Shown one piece after another: positions 49,351 through 59,412 of a stretch of 64,000 nt of DNA; the first letter of the stretch is position 1; each line of letters begins with the position of its first letter. The position numbers were made by a program, and so were the translations under genes. This DNA is from an uncultured Bacillota bacterium (lineage in GTDB: Bacteria; Bacillota_I; Bacilli_A; RFN20; CAG-826). The notes under the pieces were generated by a model, which did not search any database, was not told where the DNA came from, and saw only the letters and a list, made by a program, of their open reading frames with translations. The stretch covers positions 678,919-742,918 of the forward strand of contig OX437086.1 of the NCBI GenBank assembly GCA_949299565.1. Reading direction: 5' to 3'.

Positions 49351-50755
49351 TGTTGACTTCCTCCACCACGCTTAATATTTTTCCGTCTTTGATAGTAACG
49401 TTCATTCTATCACCATTGCTCACATCCTTGACACTCCGAATAATTGCTCCCTTTTCGCTTTCAACAATCGCGTATCCGCGATTTATGATTGCTTGAGGCG
49501 AAGCGTTATTGAGCCTTGCTTCATATTCCTTTATTTTTTCATTCTTTCTTTGAATCAATTGTTGAAGCACTTTTTCTAGTGTCTTTTTTGCATTAATGGT
49601 CTTTTCAATTCTTTCATTGATAAGTAATGATGGATCTTTCATGAAAGATGAAACTTTGACGATTGCTAAACGACTATTTTTTCTAGATAAGTATTCCCTT
49701 ATTGTTTTTTGCGCGAGACTTTTCTTGAATTTAGCGAGAAGAACTGTCTTCTGTTCTAGATCTTTATTGATTCCGCTCATTAAGCGCTCTTTTAAATGTT
49801 TTAATCTTTCGCTGAAAACCGAATAAGCCGCTAAAGGATCCTTTAAAAAAGGTCGCATAGATAAAAGCGCAAGGTGTTTTCTTTCTTCACGAAGCCTTTT
49901 AATTAAAACTAAATCCAAAGAAGAGCTGTTATCAGATAAAGAATATAGGAGTTCTCGATAATCGGGAACGGCTTTTTGAGCCGCGCCGGTCGGCGTTGAA
50001 ACGCGAAAATCAGCGATTAAATCAATAATTGTCCAATCGATTTCGTGGCCGATGGCAGAGATTAAAGGAATCGAACGAGTGCTTAAAAGGCGCGCTAATT
50101 GTTCATCATTAAAGGCGCTCAAATCATCATTCGAGCCACCGCCACGCGCAATGATCAAAAGATCTGGTTTTAATTTTAAAGCAAAGCGATATGCGCGCAT
50201 CAATGATTGCGGCGCGCTTTTTCCTTGAACTGTCGCATAAACGAAATCCAGCTCAATTAGCGGGAAACGCTCGAGAATATTTTTCTTTAAATCAGCTTCG
50301 GCAGCGGAATTTTCAGCAACAATAATCGCGATTTTTTTCGGAAATAACGGCAGTTTCATCTTTCGTTCATCCGAAAAGAGTCCTTCGTCGAACAGCTTTT
50401 TCTTCAATTCTTCTAATTTTAGTAACGCTTCACCGAGTCCTTTTATATAGATGTCGGTGACGCGAAAAGATAATGTTCCGCGTTTGCTCCACAAATCTAA
50501 AGAACCATTGACGATCACCTGATCGCCGTTTTTGAATTTCCTATCGTGGAGTCTAGAAAAAATATCGGGCCAAATCACGCAGCTGAGGGCCCCGTCGTTA
50601 TCTTTTAAAGTAAAAAAGAAACCGGATGAAGACAAACGCGCATCGCTGATTTCTCCTTCTAAACTTACGTGGACGAAGCGCGGATCGCTATGGATGGCGT
50701 TTTTTAAGTCAAAAAGGAATGAAGAAACTTTTTGTACACGCTGCAAGTCAAGCAT
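49343..50755 (-). CDS. xseA: Exodeoxyribonuclease VII large subunit
   Basis: N-terminal OB fold (GEISDARLSSSGFFFTLKD), central catalytic region, C-terminal coiled coil. Overlaps xseB by 8 bp. Confidence 0.9.
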   Translation of the reverse strand: MLDLQRVQKVSSFLFDLKNAIHSDPRFVHVSLEGEISDARLSSSGFFFTLKDNDGALSCVIWPDIFSRLHDRKFKNGDQVIVNGSLDLWSKRGTLSFRVTDIYIKGLGEALLKLEELKKKLFDEGLFSDERKMKLPLFPKKIAIIVAENSAAEADLKKNILERFPLIELDFVYATVQGKSAPQSLMRAYRFALKLKPDLLIIARGGGSNDDLSAFNDEQLARLLSTRSIPLISAIGHEIDWTIIDLIADFRVSTPTGAAQKAVPDYRELLYSLSDNSSSLDLVLIKRLREERKHLALLSMRPFLKDPLAAYSVFSERLKHLKERLMSGINKDLEQKTVLLAKFKKSLAQKTIREYLSRKNSRLAIVKVSSFMKDPSLLINERIEKTINAKKTLEKVLQQLIQRKNEKIKEYEARLNNASPQAIINRGYAIVESEKGAIIRSVKDVSNGDRMNVTIKDGKILSVVEEVNNE

Positions 50756-51173
50756 CCAATGCTTCCTTCAATCCGTTGTCTAAAACAGCATTCACAAAAC
50801 GATAATCATCCTTATCTAAATAATTCTTCGCCAACTTGACAGCGTTGTTAATGACAATCGCCTTATCAACGCCAGGCTCAACATAATAAAACTGCGTATA
50901 AGCCAATAGCAAAATAGCCTGAGCCACCCGATTTAAACGCCAGAAGGTCCAGCGATTCAAAAGCGGGGATATTTCTTTGACTAATTCATCTAGATGCGTC
51001 AAAGCCAACACTAAGACGGCTTTTAAATAATAATCGCTCTCTTCGTATGGAAGGCCGGATAAATTGCTGACGATTTCTTCAACGGGAATCGTTTCTTTCA
51101 TGTCGATATAAGTAAGCGCCGTATATAGACCTTGCATTGCCGTTTCTTGGGTCTTCGTCCGCGATGATCTCAT
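50748..51173 (-). CDS. nusB: Transcription antitermination factor NusB
   Basis: RSSRTKTQETAMQGLY...all-helical, ~140 aa. Upstream of xseA as in Bacillus. Confidence 0.8.
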   Translation of the reverse strand: MRSSRTKTQETAMQGLYTALTYIDMKETIPVEEIVSNLSGLPYEESDYYLKAVLVLALTHLDELVKEISPLLNRWTFWRLNRVAQAILLLAYTQFYYVEPGVDKAIVINNAVKLAKNYLDKDDYRFVNAVLDNGLKEALDA

Positions 51174-51700
51174 TTCGCTTCCTCCTTTAGAGTCAGCAAA
51201 ATTTCCTCATTTAATTCTTTTTCCTTTTTCTTAAGACGTCTAAAGATTACAAATGATGCAATGTAAGGAACGAACGCAATCAAATGAAACACAAGCGCGA
51301 TGATGTATGTAGTTAAGCTGACAGATCCCTGCATCGGGAGCAAAAGGAAAAGTCCGTAGATAAAATCAAGAGCATAAAGAGAAAAACTAGCGATCAAAAA
51401 ACGGATTTGTCCTTTCGCCGCTTTTAAAAGGCAAAAACATGAAAAAAGCAAGATGACAATCGCGATTGCCAAAGAAGAAATAACGGCAACCGCTCCATAA
51501 CTGAAGCCATCGCTTTCATAGGCTAAAAGAGTGATTGTTCTCGCGATATTCCAAGAGAAAGACAAATCATATTCAGCCCATAAAAAAGCCAAAATGGCCG
51601 AAAGAACGCCGACCACCGGAGCAATGAGCGTAAAAATCAAACTTTTTTGGTAAAAAGCAAGTCCTTTGCCAAGGATTGCCATCGCTTCATCTTTTTTCAT
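51170..51700 (-). CDS. Hypothetical multi-pass membrane protein (possible Asp23 anchor partner)
   Basis: 176 aa with four or five helices. Immediately downstream of the Asp23-family gene. Confidence 0.45.
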   Translation of the reverse strand: MKKDEAMAILGKGLAFYQKSLIFTLIAPVVGVLSAILAFLWAEYDLSFSWNIARTITLLAYESDGFSYGAVAVISSLAIAIVILLFSCFCLLKAAKGQIRFLIASFSLYALDFIYGLFLLLPMQGSVSLTTYIIALVFHLIAFVPYIASFVIFRRLKKKEKELNEEILLTLKEEAK

Positions 51701-51701
51701 T

Positions 51702-52055
51702 TTATTTGACCGCTACAACCTTGACGTCGATTGAAAAAGGCACCGTCTCACAAGCGCTAGAGACGGCTTTAGCCACTGCCTCTTGAATTTTTAGGCATGC
51801 ATCTCTAACCGAAAGAAGCGGATTGTTTTTAATTGTGACGTCTAAATGCAGTTCAATCCGTCCGTCTTTTCGAAAATAAGCTTTGACTGGATGTTCAAGC
51901 AAAAACAAGCGGTTGCGTTCTCCTTGCGGCGTCACTTGTACATCCTTAACCGTACAAGCAGCAATCGCCGCCAAAGTCTCAATGGCATGACGAGCAATTC
52001 CCATATTGCCGTTGTTTTTATAGTTGTTTATGTAGTAATAACCGCTTCGAGACAT
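51702..52055 (-). CDS. Asp23/Gls24-family (alkaline shock protein-like) protein
   Basis: GNMGIARHAIETLAAIAACTVKDV...ELHLDVTIKNNP pattern of the Asp23 family. In the yqhY position upstream of nusB. Confidence 0.7.
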   Translation of the reverse strand: MSRSGYYYINNYKNNGNMGIARHAIETLAAIAACTVKDVQVTPQGERNRLFLLEHPVKAYFRKDGRIELHLDVTIKNNPLLSVRDACLKIQEAVAKAVSSACETVPFSIDVKVVAVK

Positions 52056-52098
52056 CGCGCCTATTTTACCTTCTCTTTAACTATCCATCAACAAGGCT

Positions 52099-54063
52099 TC
52101 AAGCAATAAGCGTCTTAATTCTCGTGTAAAGGCTTTCTTCATCGAATTTATACGCACTGATGACGTCTTTTTCAGGACCCGAGGCACCAAAGTCATCAAT
52201 TCCTAAATTGATCGATGCGTATTTCCCCCAGCCGAAAGTCGAAAGCATCTCCAATGAAATGCGTTTCTCGTGCGGGAGACGCAAAATCGAGTCTTGATAA
52301 TCTTTATCCATCTTGTTAAACAGTTCGAAAGACGGAACTGAGACGACATCGAGTTCGTAACCGTCTTTGGCTAAACGATCAGCGATATTTAAAGCGATAT
52401 GCAGTTCGCTTCCGCTGGCCAAAAGCTGATAGCAAGGATTATGCGCTTTATGTACGAAATAAGCGCCTTTTGAAACTCCTTCTTCTAAAGTATTTGCAAG
52501 AAGCGGGAGGTTTTGTCTTGTCAAAATAATCGCTGTTGCATGATCTTTGGCAGTTAATGCCTCTTTATACGCTCCTAACACCTCGCGCGCGTCCCCTGGA
52601 CGGAAAGTCACGAAATTCGGAAGGCTTCTAAGCATCGCCAATTGCTCGATTGGCTGATGAGTCGGACCATCTTCGCCAACCGCCAATGAGTCGTGACTGA
52701 AAAGCCAAAGAGCCGGAACTTTTTCTAAAGCACCAAGGCGGAGAGCGGCTTTCAAATAATCAGCAAAAACAAGGAAAGTTCCGCCGAAACTCAATAATCC
52801 GCCATGCATCATGATTCCGTTTTGCGCAGCGCCCATCAAAAATTCTCTAACCCCATAAGGAAGCATTTGTCCTTCAAGAGTTTCCGGCGTGAAATATCGA
52901 TGGCTTGGGAGAACCGTTTTTAAAGAGGAGGCAACATCGGCAGCCCCGCCGAGAAGAGCTTGCTCTTTTTCAGAAATCAAAGAAAGAATACGGCCGGATG
53001 TTGAGCGACCGGCTTCTTCTGGAAGCAACTTAAATCCCTCCAAGGCTTTAAGGGCATTTGAGAAATTACGATTGTTTCTCTCTAAAAAGTCATGATAAGC
53101 CTCTGGATATTTTTTGGCATATTCAAGGATATCTTTCTCGTAAAGAAGATAACTCTCGCTTCCGCGCTCTAAAAGACGATGTGCATCGTTATAAGCTTCA
53201 TCTTCGACTTTAAACGGCTCGAGCGAAAGACCGAAAAACTTCTTTGCTTCGTCGCCTTTTTCGCTTCCTAACGGCGTTCCGTGCGCCTTATTTGAACCTT
53301 CATACGCACTTCCATAACCAATGCGTGAATGAACGATAATTAGATGCGGCTTCCCTTCTTCCTTTTGGGCCTTTTTGAAAGCGGATCTCAACGCTTCAAT
53401 ATCGTTCGCATCCAAAACTTCTTGGACATCCCAATTAGCTGCCTGGAAACGCTGAGCTTGATTTTCAGACATCGAAAGAGGCGTTAATCCGTCTAACGTC
53501 GAACCATTCGCGTCATAAATGACGATGAGGCGGTCAAGCTTTTCAAGTCCAGCAAACGAAAGCGCCTCTTGCGAAACGCCTTCCTCAAGACATCCGTCGC
53601 CGACTAAGCAATAAGTTTTATGGGAGCAGAGACGTTCCCCCTCCGGATAAAGATGACGCACCTTTCTTTCTGCCAAAGCGAAACCAATAGCTTGCGCAAA
53701 TCCTTGGCCGAGAGGACCGCTTGAAGCATCGACTCCAGGCGTCACTCCGATTTCTGGATGCCCAGGTGTTTTTGAACCTAATTGACGGAAGGATCTTAAA
53801 TCTTCCAGTGAGACATCATATCCAGTCAAATGAAGAAGCGCATAAAGAAGCGCGGAGACATGACCGCTCGACAAAATGAAACGATCGCGGTTGTACCATT
53901 CAGGATGAAGCGGATCAGCTTTCAAGAAATCGCGATAGAGGACATAGAGAGCAGGAGCGATATCTAATGCCATCCCCGGATGTCCGCTTTTTGCTTGATT
54001 CGTTTCGTCGATTACGAGTCCACGAAGTGATGCAATCGCTTTTGTAATACCTTTGCTTTCCAT
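52099..54063 (-). CDS. tkt: Transketolase
   Basis: GHPGMALDIAPALYVLY...SSGH TPP motifs. 654 aa. Confidence 0.93.
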   Translation of the reverse strand: MESKGITKAIASLRGLVIDETNQAKSGHPGMALDIAPALYVLYRDFLKADPLHPEWYNRDRFILSSGHVSALLYALLHLTGYDVSLEDLRSFRQLGSKTPGHPEIGVTPGVDASSGPLGQGFAQAIGFALAERKVRHLYPEGERLCSHKTYCLVGDGCLEEGVSQEALSFAGLEKLDRLIVIYDANGSTLDGLTPLSMSENQAQRFQAANWDVQEVLDANDIEALRSAFKKAQKEEGKPHLIIVHSRIGYGSAYEGSNKAHGTPLGSEKGDEAKKFFGLSLEPFKVEDEAYNDAHRLLERGSESYLLYEKDILEYAKKYPEAYHDFLERNNRNFSNALKALEGFKLLPEEAGRSTSGRILSLISEKEQALLGGAADVASSLKTVLPSHRYFTPETLEGQMLPYGVREFLMGAAQNGIMMHGGLLSFGGTFLVFADYLKAALRLGALEKVPALWLFSHDSLAVGEDGPTHQPIEQLAMLRSLPNFVTFRPGDAREVLGAYKEALTAKDHATAIILTRQNLPLLANTLEEGVSKGAYFVHKAHNPCYQLLASGSELHIALNIADRLAKDGYELDVVSVPSFELFNKMDKDYQDSILRLPHEKRISLEMLSTFGWGKYASINLGIDDFGASGPEKDVISAYKFDEESLYTRIKTLIA

Positions 54064-54122
54064 AAAACCTCCAGTTTGTTTCTAGTTATTTATTAGTATA
54101 TCCATACTACAAAGTAGTATGA

Positions 54123-55865
54123 CTACTCATTTAAAATACCAATGCCTAAATCCTTGAGTGCTTGAGGATCAACCGCTCCAGGCGCCTTGCTCATCGGGTC
54201 AGAAGCCGTTAAATTCTTCGGAAAGGCAATCACGTCTTTGATGTTTTCGGTTCCAGTCAGAATCATCGCCAAACGATCAAGTCCTAAAGCGAAACCGCCA
54301 TGAGGAGGCGTGCCATATCTAAAAGCCTTAAGGAACCAGCCGAAACGGCGCTGGACCTCTTCTTCGTCTAAACCTAGAAGACGGAAAATCTTGTCCTGTA
54401 ACTCTTCTTGATAAATTCTAAGAGTTCCGCCTCCAGCTTCATAACCATCGATTACAATGTCATAAGCGTACGCGAGAACTCGCGATGGATCGTTATCGAG
54501 GTATTTTAAGTCTTCGTCGCGCGGACGCGTGAAAGGATGATGTTCAGCTTTCCACTTCTGTTTGCCGTCTTCGAAGACGGGATCGAACATCGGGAAATCT
54601 GTAATCCAAAGAACCGCGTGCTTATTTTTGTCATAAAGATGCTGTTCGCGAGCCCAATAAGTTCTGACAGCGCCTAACCCAAAGGAAATTGTTCTTCGAT
54701 CATCGTGCGCTCCGATGATCAATAAATCGTTTTCTTGAATTCCTCTAGCGAGAAGTTTTTCGCCTAGAGACGGAGTGACGATTTTTCCTAATGTTCCTTC
54801 AAAATGTTGATCGATGTATTTGAGAGTATATAGATGCTCTAAGCCGAGTTTTTTGCTTTCGTTTTCGAGTTTTTCAAGAAGTTTGCGCGATAATAAGTGC
54901 GCCCCATCTTTAATTTTCAAACCGCGAATGTAAGTTTTTTGAACGAAAGGCGGGAAATCGATTCCAGCAAAAACATCACGATAATCTTCAATCAATAATT
55001 CATAACGAAGATCAGGTTTATCACTCCCATAACGATCGAGCGCTTCCCAATAAGGCAAACGATAAAAAGGTCTTTCCAAATCGATATTTAAAATCTTTTT
55101 GAAGAGTCCGGCGATAAATCGTTCGCCGATATCTAAAATTTCTTCTTGGTTGAGGAACGAAGCCTCAACGTCAATCTGCGTGAATTCCGGTTGTCGATCG
55201 CTTCTCAAGTCTTCATCGCGGAAGCATTTAGCAATTTGATAATAGCGTTCTAAGCCGCCGATCATTAAGAGTTGTTTAAATAATTGAGGAGATTGCGGAA
55301 GAGCATAGAAAGAGCCATGATGCAAGCGCGACGGCACCAAGTAGTCGCGTGCTCCTTCTGGCGTTGCGAGATTTAAAATCGGGGTTTCAATTTCCCAAAA
55401 GCCCTCGTTATCAAAAAATTCGTGAGCGTATTTAATAATCTCAGCGCGTGTTTTTAGACGCTTTTGGAGGATTGGACGTCTTAAATCTAAATAACGGCTT
55501 TCAAGGCGCGTGTCTTCTAAAGCGTCAGTTTCATCTTGAATTAAAAAAGGCGTTGTTTCAGCGTGATTAAGAACCTTAAGTTCCGCTACTTCGATCTCAA
55601 AAGCGCCCGTTGCGAGTTTGGGGTTTGCTTCTGAGCGGAGACGAACGACGCCGGTGACGGCAATCACCCATTCGTTTCTTAAATCGGCATTCAAAGTTTT
55701 TTCATTCATCGTCAATTGAATGATGCCGCTGCGATCTCTCAGATCCAAAAAAGCAATCGCGCCGTGTCGCCGGAAACGTGAAACCCAACCGGCAACTCGA
55801 ACTTTCTTTCCAAGATCGGAAGATTTTATTTCACCACACCAGTGGTCACGCAATTCAGTGTTCAT
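54123..55865 (-). CDS. aspS: Aspartate--tRNA ligase
   Basis: N-terminal OB anticodon-binding domain, class II motifs 1-3 (FRDEDLRSDRQPEFTQID, GGGTLRIY...). Start placed at the Met of MNTELRDHWCGEI. Confidence 0.93.
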   Translation of the reverse strand: MNTELRDHWCGEIKSSDLGKKVRVAGWVSRFRRHGAIAFLDLRDRSGIIQLTMNEKTLNADLRNEWVIAVTGVVRLRSEANPKLATGAFEIEVAELKVLNHAETTPFLIQDETDALEDTRLESRYLDLRRPILQKRLKTRAEIIKYAHEFFDNEGFWEIETPILNLATPEGARDYLVPSRLHHGSFYALPQSPQLFKQLLMIGGLERYYQIAKCFRDEDLRSDRQPEFTQIDVEASFLNQEEILDIGERFIAGLFKKILNIDLERPFYRLPYWEALDRYGSDKPDLRYELLIEDYRDVFAGIDFPPFVQKTYIRGLKIKDGAHLLSRKLLEKLENESKKLGLEHLYTLKYIDQHFEGTLGKIVTPSLGEKLLARGIQENDLLIIGAHDDRRTISFGLGAVRTYWAREQHLYDKNKHAVLWITDFPMFDPVFEDGKQKWKAEHHPFTRPRDEDLKYLDNDPSRVLAYAYDIVIDGYEAGGGTLRIYQEELQDKIFRLLGLDEEEVQRRFGWFLKAFRYGTPPHGGFALGLDRLAMILTGTENIKDVIAFPKNLTASDPMSKAPGAVDPQALKDLGIGILNE

Positions 55866-57144
55866 GACTCTCCTCCTCATCGAGCAATAAATGATCCAAT
55901 GTTTCTTCTAAATCAGCAAAAGCTATTTCTTTCTGTGTTTGATTTTTCAAATCGCGCAACTGAACCGTTCCATTCTTTAATTCGTTTTCGCCATATATTA
56001 ATCCATAACGAGCCTTGGCTTTTTCAGCTTTTTTGAAAAGCGTCGATAATTTAGTTTCTTCATACGGGAAAAGCGTTGAATAGCCTAAAGCCCGCATCCT
56101 CAAAGCCAAAGACGGAGTTTTCGCCAAAGCCTCTTTCCCAAGCGGGAACAAATACAAATCTAGACTATCGTCAAGATTCGCGAAAAGCCCTTCTTTCTCC
56201 ATCGCGTCCATCACGCGTTCGAGTCCGATGGCAAAGCCGACGCCCGCTAAATCCGGGCCTCCGAGTTCTTTGACCATCTTTCCATAATGTCCGCCTCCGC
56301 CGAGGGCCAAGCGATTTCCTTGATTCTCAACTTGAATTTCAAAAACAACTTCGCCGTAATAATCTAAACCGCGTACCAGCTGTTCATCGATGCGATATTC
56401 AATCCCTTCTTCTTCGAGCACTTTTCTAGCAAGCTCTAAACGCTTTTGACTTTCTTCGCTCAAATAATCGCGAAGTTTCGGCGCTTTGAGTGCCAATTCA
56501 TGATCAGAAGGAACTTTGCAATCAAGCATTCTCAAAGGATTGATTTTGAAGCGCTCATGGCAATCCTCGCACATATTAGGAAGAAGCGGTTCAAAATAAC
56601 TGATTAAAGCTTCACGATATTTCTTCCGCGTTTCCTCGTCTCCTAATGAATTCAAATAAACAATCGGGTGCTCAAAACCGAGCATCGTGAAAGCTTGAAC
56701 AGCCATCAAAATCACTTCAACATCGAGCATTGGATGGTTTAATCCTATCGCTTCAATGCCGAATTGATTGAATTCGCGGTAACGTCCGGCCTGCGGACGT
56801 TCGTAGCGGAAAGCGGGTCCATGATAAAAATAGCGGAGCGGCAAATCGTTTTTCGCATAAAGTTTATTACTGATGATTGCGCGCACAACATCGGCGGTAA
56901 ATTCCGGTCGGAGCGCCAATAAACGTCCGCCTTTATCGTTGAAGGTATACATTTCTTTGCGCACAACATCGCTTCCTTCGCCGGTTCCATGATTAAAAAG
57001 CGAGGCGTGCTCAATGATTGGCAGGCGAATTTCTTGATATCCATATAAAGTCGCGACCGCACTGAAAACACTCTCAACATAAGACATCTTAAGCGCGTCT
57101 TTTCCAATTAAATCGTGAGTTCCTTTAACAGCTTGAATTTCCAT
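55855..57144 (-). CDS. hisS: Histidine--tRNA ligase
   Basis: Class II core with HisRS motifs (GPAFRYERPQAGRYREF, ...GGGGHY...). hisS-aspS operon as in Bacillus. Confidence 0.93.
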   Translation of the reverse strand: MEIQAVKGTHDLIGKDALKMSYVESVFSAVATLYGYQEIRLPIIEHASLFNHGTGEGSDVVRKEMYTFNDKGGRLLALRPEFTADVVRAIISNKLYAKNDLPLRYFYHGPAFRYERPQAGRYREFNQFGIEAIGLNHPMLDVEVILMAVQAFTMLGFEHPIVYLNSLGDEETRKKYREALISYFEPLLPNMCEDCHERFKINPLRMLDCKVPSDHELALKAPKLRDYLSEESQKRLELARKVLEEEGIEYRIDEQLVRGLDYYGEVVFEIQVENQGNRLALGGGGHYGKMVKELGGPDLAGVGFAIGLERVMDAMEKEGLFANLDDSLDLYLFPLGKEALAKTPSLALRMRALGYSTLFPYEETKLSTLFKKAEKAKARYGLIYGENELKNGTVQLRDLKNQTQKEIAFADLEETLDHLLLDEEESHEH

Positions 57145-57152
57145 ATTTTCTC

Positions 57153-59360
57153 CTAGTGAATCAATCTTCGAATGCTGATCAAATTTTTGACCGATTTTAA
57201 GCCAGCGAAGACGTCGTCCAACTGCTTCAAATTTTTAACATAAATCGTCATGTTGATTATATCGTTCATCGTCGTGTTTATTAAATGCGCCCGCAAATCA
57301 GAAACAGGGATTTCGCGGCTTGCTAAATTTTGCAATAAGTCAGCGATCAAGCCCGGTCGGTCTTTTGCGCTTATTTCAATAGCGACAGGATAGGTGCTTT
57401 CTCCTAATTCATGTTCCCATTCGACATGGAGGAGACGCGAACCGGCGGCCCGCACATTTGGGCAAGAAGCCCGGTGGACGGTAATGCCTTTCCCCTTCGA
57501 TACATAACCGATGATTTCGTCCCCTGGAATCGGCGAGCAGCAATGAGCCAATTTCAAGGCAAGATTTTCGCCGTTCGTGAGGTAAATCGGGCTCTTTCCC
57601 GATTTTTTTGCCCGGCCGTCTAATTTATATTCTTTTTTGCGCAATCGCAAATAGCCGGTAATAGAAAAAGTGCTGATTTGGCGGTTATTGATCGCTTCAT
57701 ATAAATGCGCGAGATCATTCATGTGAAAATGATCAAGAAGAGTTGGTTTTGAAAGCATTTCTTCCATCTTTTCTTCGTCCACGCCGACTTCTTTAAAAGC
57801 GTTGATGAGGAGGTTTTTGCCTTTTTGAATGTTGCTTTCTTTTTCTTCAAGAGATTCCTTCTTCTGGAGGAATTTGCGAATATGATTTTTGGCACTCGAA
57901 GTTTTGGCGATCTCTAACCAATCGCGATTAGGCCCCGGCGAAGTTTTGCTCGTTTTGATTTCGCAAAGATCACCGGTTTTTAATTCGGTGGAAAGCGGCA
58001 CGAGGACACCGTTGACGATTGCCCCTACGGCTTTCTCGCCGACCTTCGTATGAATTTTATAAGCAAAATCGAGCGTTGTTGAACCGGTAGGCAGTTCGAT
58101 AACTTTCCCAAGAGGCGTGAAAACGTAAACGTTCGCATTGAAAATATCGTGCGATAAAGCGGCTACATAATCTTTAGCGTCTCCCGATTGTTCACCGCTC
58201 ATCGAAACGAAATCACGGAACCAGTGAAGCTTTTCTTCAATATCGCGCTGCTCCTCTTTTGGATTATAATTTTCGCCATCTTTATAACGCCAATGAGCGG
58301 CAATTCCGCTTTCAGCGATTTGATCCATTTCTTCAGTTCTAATCTGAACTTCATAGAAATTCCCGTCGCCGGAAACAATCGTCGTGTGAAGCGATTGATA
58401 CATATTAGGTTTAGGCATCGCGATATAGTCTTTAAAACGACCGGGAACCGGCTTATACGTCGCGTGGATGATTCCTAAAATTTCATAGCAATTAAGTTCG
58501 GTTTTGGTGATGACGCGCACCGCTAGAACATCATATATTTCATCGAAAGAATAGCCTTTTTGGTACATCTTTCGATAAATCGAGAAAATACTCTTAACGC
58601 GCGATTCCATGCGGCAAGGAATGTGATGCTCAAAAAGAATATCAGCGATCCGCTTCTTTAAATTTTGGAGCGATTCTTGCCGATTGTTTTCTTTTTCATC
58701 GAGCAAATGAAGGATTTTACGATATTTATCGGGTTCGAGATATTTAAGCGAGAGATCCTCCATTTCAGATTGCATCGTATAAATTCCAAGACGATGGGCA
58801 ATCGGCGTAAAAACATCGAGCGTCTCTTTAGCGATCGCTTTTTGTCTTTCAGGCGATAAAGCTTCTAATGTTCTTAAATTATGGAGCCGATCTGCAAGTT
58901 TCACGAGAATTACGCGGACATCGCGAGCCATTCCTAAAAAGATTTTTCGGTGGTCTTCAGCTTCAAAGTCTTGCTCGGTGCGATGGGAAAGTTTCATGCG
59001 TTGAATCTTTGTCAAAGCATCAACGATGCAAGCGACATCGCTTCCAAACCGCTCTTTGATTTCTTCAATCGTCAAATCGGTGTCTTCAACCGTATCATGC
59101 AAAAGCGCGCTTATAAGAGTTGCGGGACCGCTTGTTAATTCCGCTAAAATATAGGCAACTTCAATCGGGTGTTGAATATAGGGTTCGCCGGTTTTACGGA
59201 GAACGCCTTTATGTTTCTCGCTTGCCAATTCATACGCTTCTTCGATTTTTTTGCGATCGAGTGGATTATGGATATAGGTGTAATAAAGATCTTTTAAATC
59301 TTCAAAGCTATGCATCGGATAGCCGCCGTTTTGTTTTAAATTGACTATATCCTTTTCCAT
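57153..59360 (-). CDS. relA: Bifunctional (p)ppGpp synthetase/hydrolase Rel
   Basis: HD hydrolase domain (HDTVEDT), synthetase domain, and TGS and ACT domains. 735 aa. Confidence 0.93.
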   Translation of the reverse strand: MEKDIVNLKQNGGYPMHSFEDLKDLYYTYIHNPLDRKKIEEAYELASEKHKGVLRKTGEPYIQHPIEVAYILAELTSGPATLISALLHDTVEDTDLTIEEIKERFGSDVACIVDALTKIQRMKLSHRTEQDFEAEDHRKIFLGMARDVRVILVKLADRLHNLRTLEALSPERQKAIAKETLDVFTPIAHRLGIYTMQSEMEDLSLKYLEPDKYRKILHLLDEKENNRQESLQNLKKRIADILFEHHIPCRMESRVKSIFSIYRKMYQKGYSFDEIYDVLAVRVITKTELNCYEILGIIHATYKPVPGRFKDYIAMPKPNMYQSLHTTIVSGDGNFYEVQIRTEEMDQIAESGIAAHWRYKDGENYNPKEEQRDIEEKLHWFRDFVSMSGEQSGDAKDYVAALSHDIFNANVYVFTPLGKVIELPTGSTTLDFAYKIHTKVGEKAVGAIVNGVLVPLSTELKTGDLCEIKTSKTSPGPNRDWLEIAKTSSAKNHIRKFLQKKESLEEKESNIQKGKNLLINAFKEVGVDEEKMEEMLSKPTLLDHFHMNDLAHLYEAINNRQISTFSITGYLRLRKKEYKLDGRAKKSGKSPIYLTNGENLALKLAHCCSPIPGDEIIGYVSKGKGITVHRASCPNVRAAGSRLLHVEWEHELGESTYPVAIEISAKDRPGLIADLLQNLASREIPVSDLRAHLINTTMNDIINMTIYVKNLKQLDDVFAGLKSVKNLISIRRLIH

Positions 59361-59412
59361 CGTCTTGCATTATAGCACACGTCCGAGAAAAGACGGATAA
59401 GCACTGATTGTT

